Source: Eledone cirrhosa (taxonomy: Eukaryota). From it: a DNA stretch of 64,000 bases. Position 1 is the first letter of the stretch; the number at the start of each line of letters is the position of its first letter. Under the pieces are notes generated by a model. The model did not search any database and had not been told where the DNA came from. It saw only the letters and a program-made list of their open reading frames with translations. The stretch spans positions 65,100,001-65,164,000 of the forward strand of contig OZ024741.1 in the NCBI GenBank assembly GCA_964016885.1, written 5' to 3'. The position numbers and the translations under genes are program-made. This document shows, piece by piece, positions 63,191 to 64,000 of the stretch.

Positions 63191-64000
63191 GGTTTAGAGA
63201 TGAATACAAACATTTTGAAATCATCAGTTTTGTATCTTAGAACCAGGGTCAGTTTCAGGTGGTTTGGTAACAAAATGTAAGAATTGTATTCAATATCATA
63301 TATTATGAATGAAATAAATTAGAACCTACATAGAGGCAATACTTATATGTATATCTTTAACTAATATGCCAGCAACATTTTATTTTGGGTTACTTCCTAA
63401 CATAATCTGCTACTTTTTGAAAATGTTGTGCTACATTTTTATGAAATGGATCTGCAATCCTGATACAACTCGTCAGACATTCCATTAGTCAACCTCTTTG
63501 GCATACACACACTGCTGGCATACACACACATACACACAATCACTCCAGTCCATAACATAACTAATTAGACCATAAAACCATTCAGACACTCATCAGTCCA
63601 GATTCCACACAACCAAAGCCCATACTATTTGTTCCCAATAAACTAGAGCCAGAAGTTTACACACTCCAATTCAACTGAGTGCAATAAAATAAGTTTTTTT
63701 TTATAAAATAAAATTGATTAGTAATAAAAATACAACATATGTAAAACACCAAATTTAAAAAAACAAAAACAAAAAAACAATGAAAATCTACAATAACCCA
63801 GTTCAGAGAAAAAGAGAGAAACAAACAAAAAAAAGAGGGAAAGGGAGAAAATTATAGAAAAAGAAATATTGAGAGAATGAAAAACACAGAGAATGGAGGA
63901 AAAGCAGAAAAAGAAAGGGAGACAATCCTTTGGTTAAGCCTGGTAAAAACAAAGGAAAGAAAATAATTTTAGTAAATCTCTCTAGAATACTATATAATAT

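Overview
This is AT-rich, microsatellite-laden eukaryotic genomic DNA. The SINE and RTE-LINE repertoire looks like that of an octopod cephalopod, which is recognition from memory and not a database hit. I found no host protein-coding exon I can support, and nearly all supplied ORFs are microsatellite or transposon-derived. The window is a mosaic of tRNA-derived SINEs, 5'-truncated RTE, CR1 and CRE-like LINE pieces, a deleted mariner (maT-like), hAT, Merlin and pogo relics, piggyBac-like and hAT MITEs, a Helitron 3' end and TE-derived minisatellites. The most striking unexplained layer is a population of short non-coding elements inserted in (TA)n tracts. They carry hammerhead-ribozyme (HHR) motifs (about 10 intact or degenerate, from several unrelated sequence families), fold-back inverted duplications, and a shared ATCGAGT(A/G)CT motif. 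A Penelope-like GIY-YIG endonuclease relic is also present. One HHR family (8.7 kb and 42 kb) has covarying stems and a circularly permuted, partial-tandem structure, consistent with a ~450-470 nt retrozyme-like RNA copied from a circular or tandem template. All coordinates and structures were read by eye and need computational confirmation.
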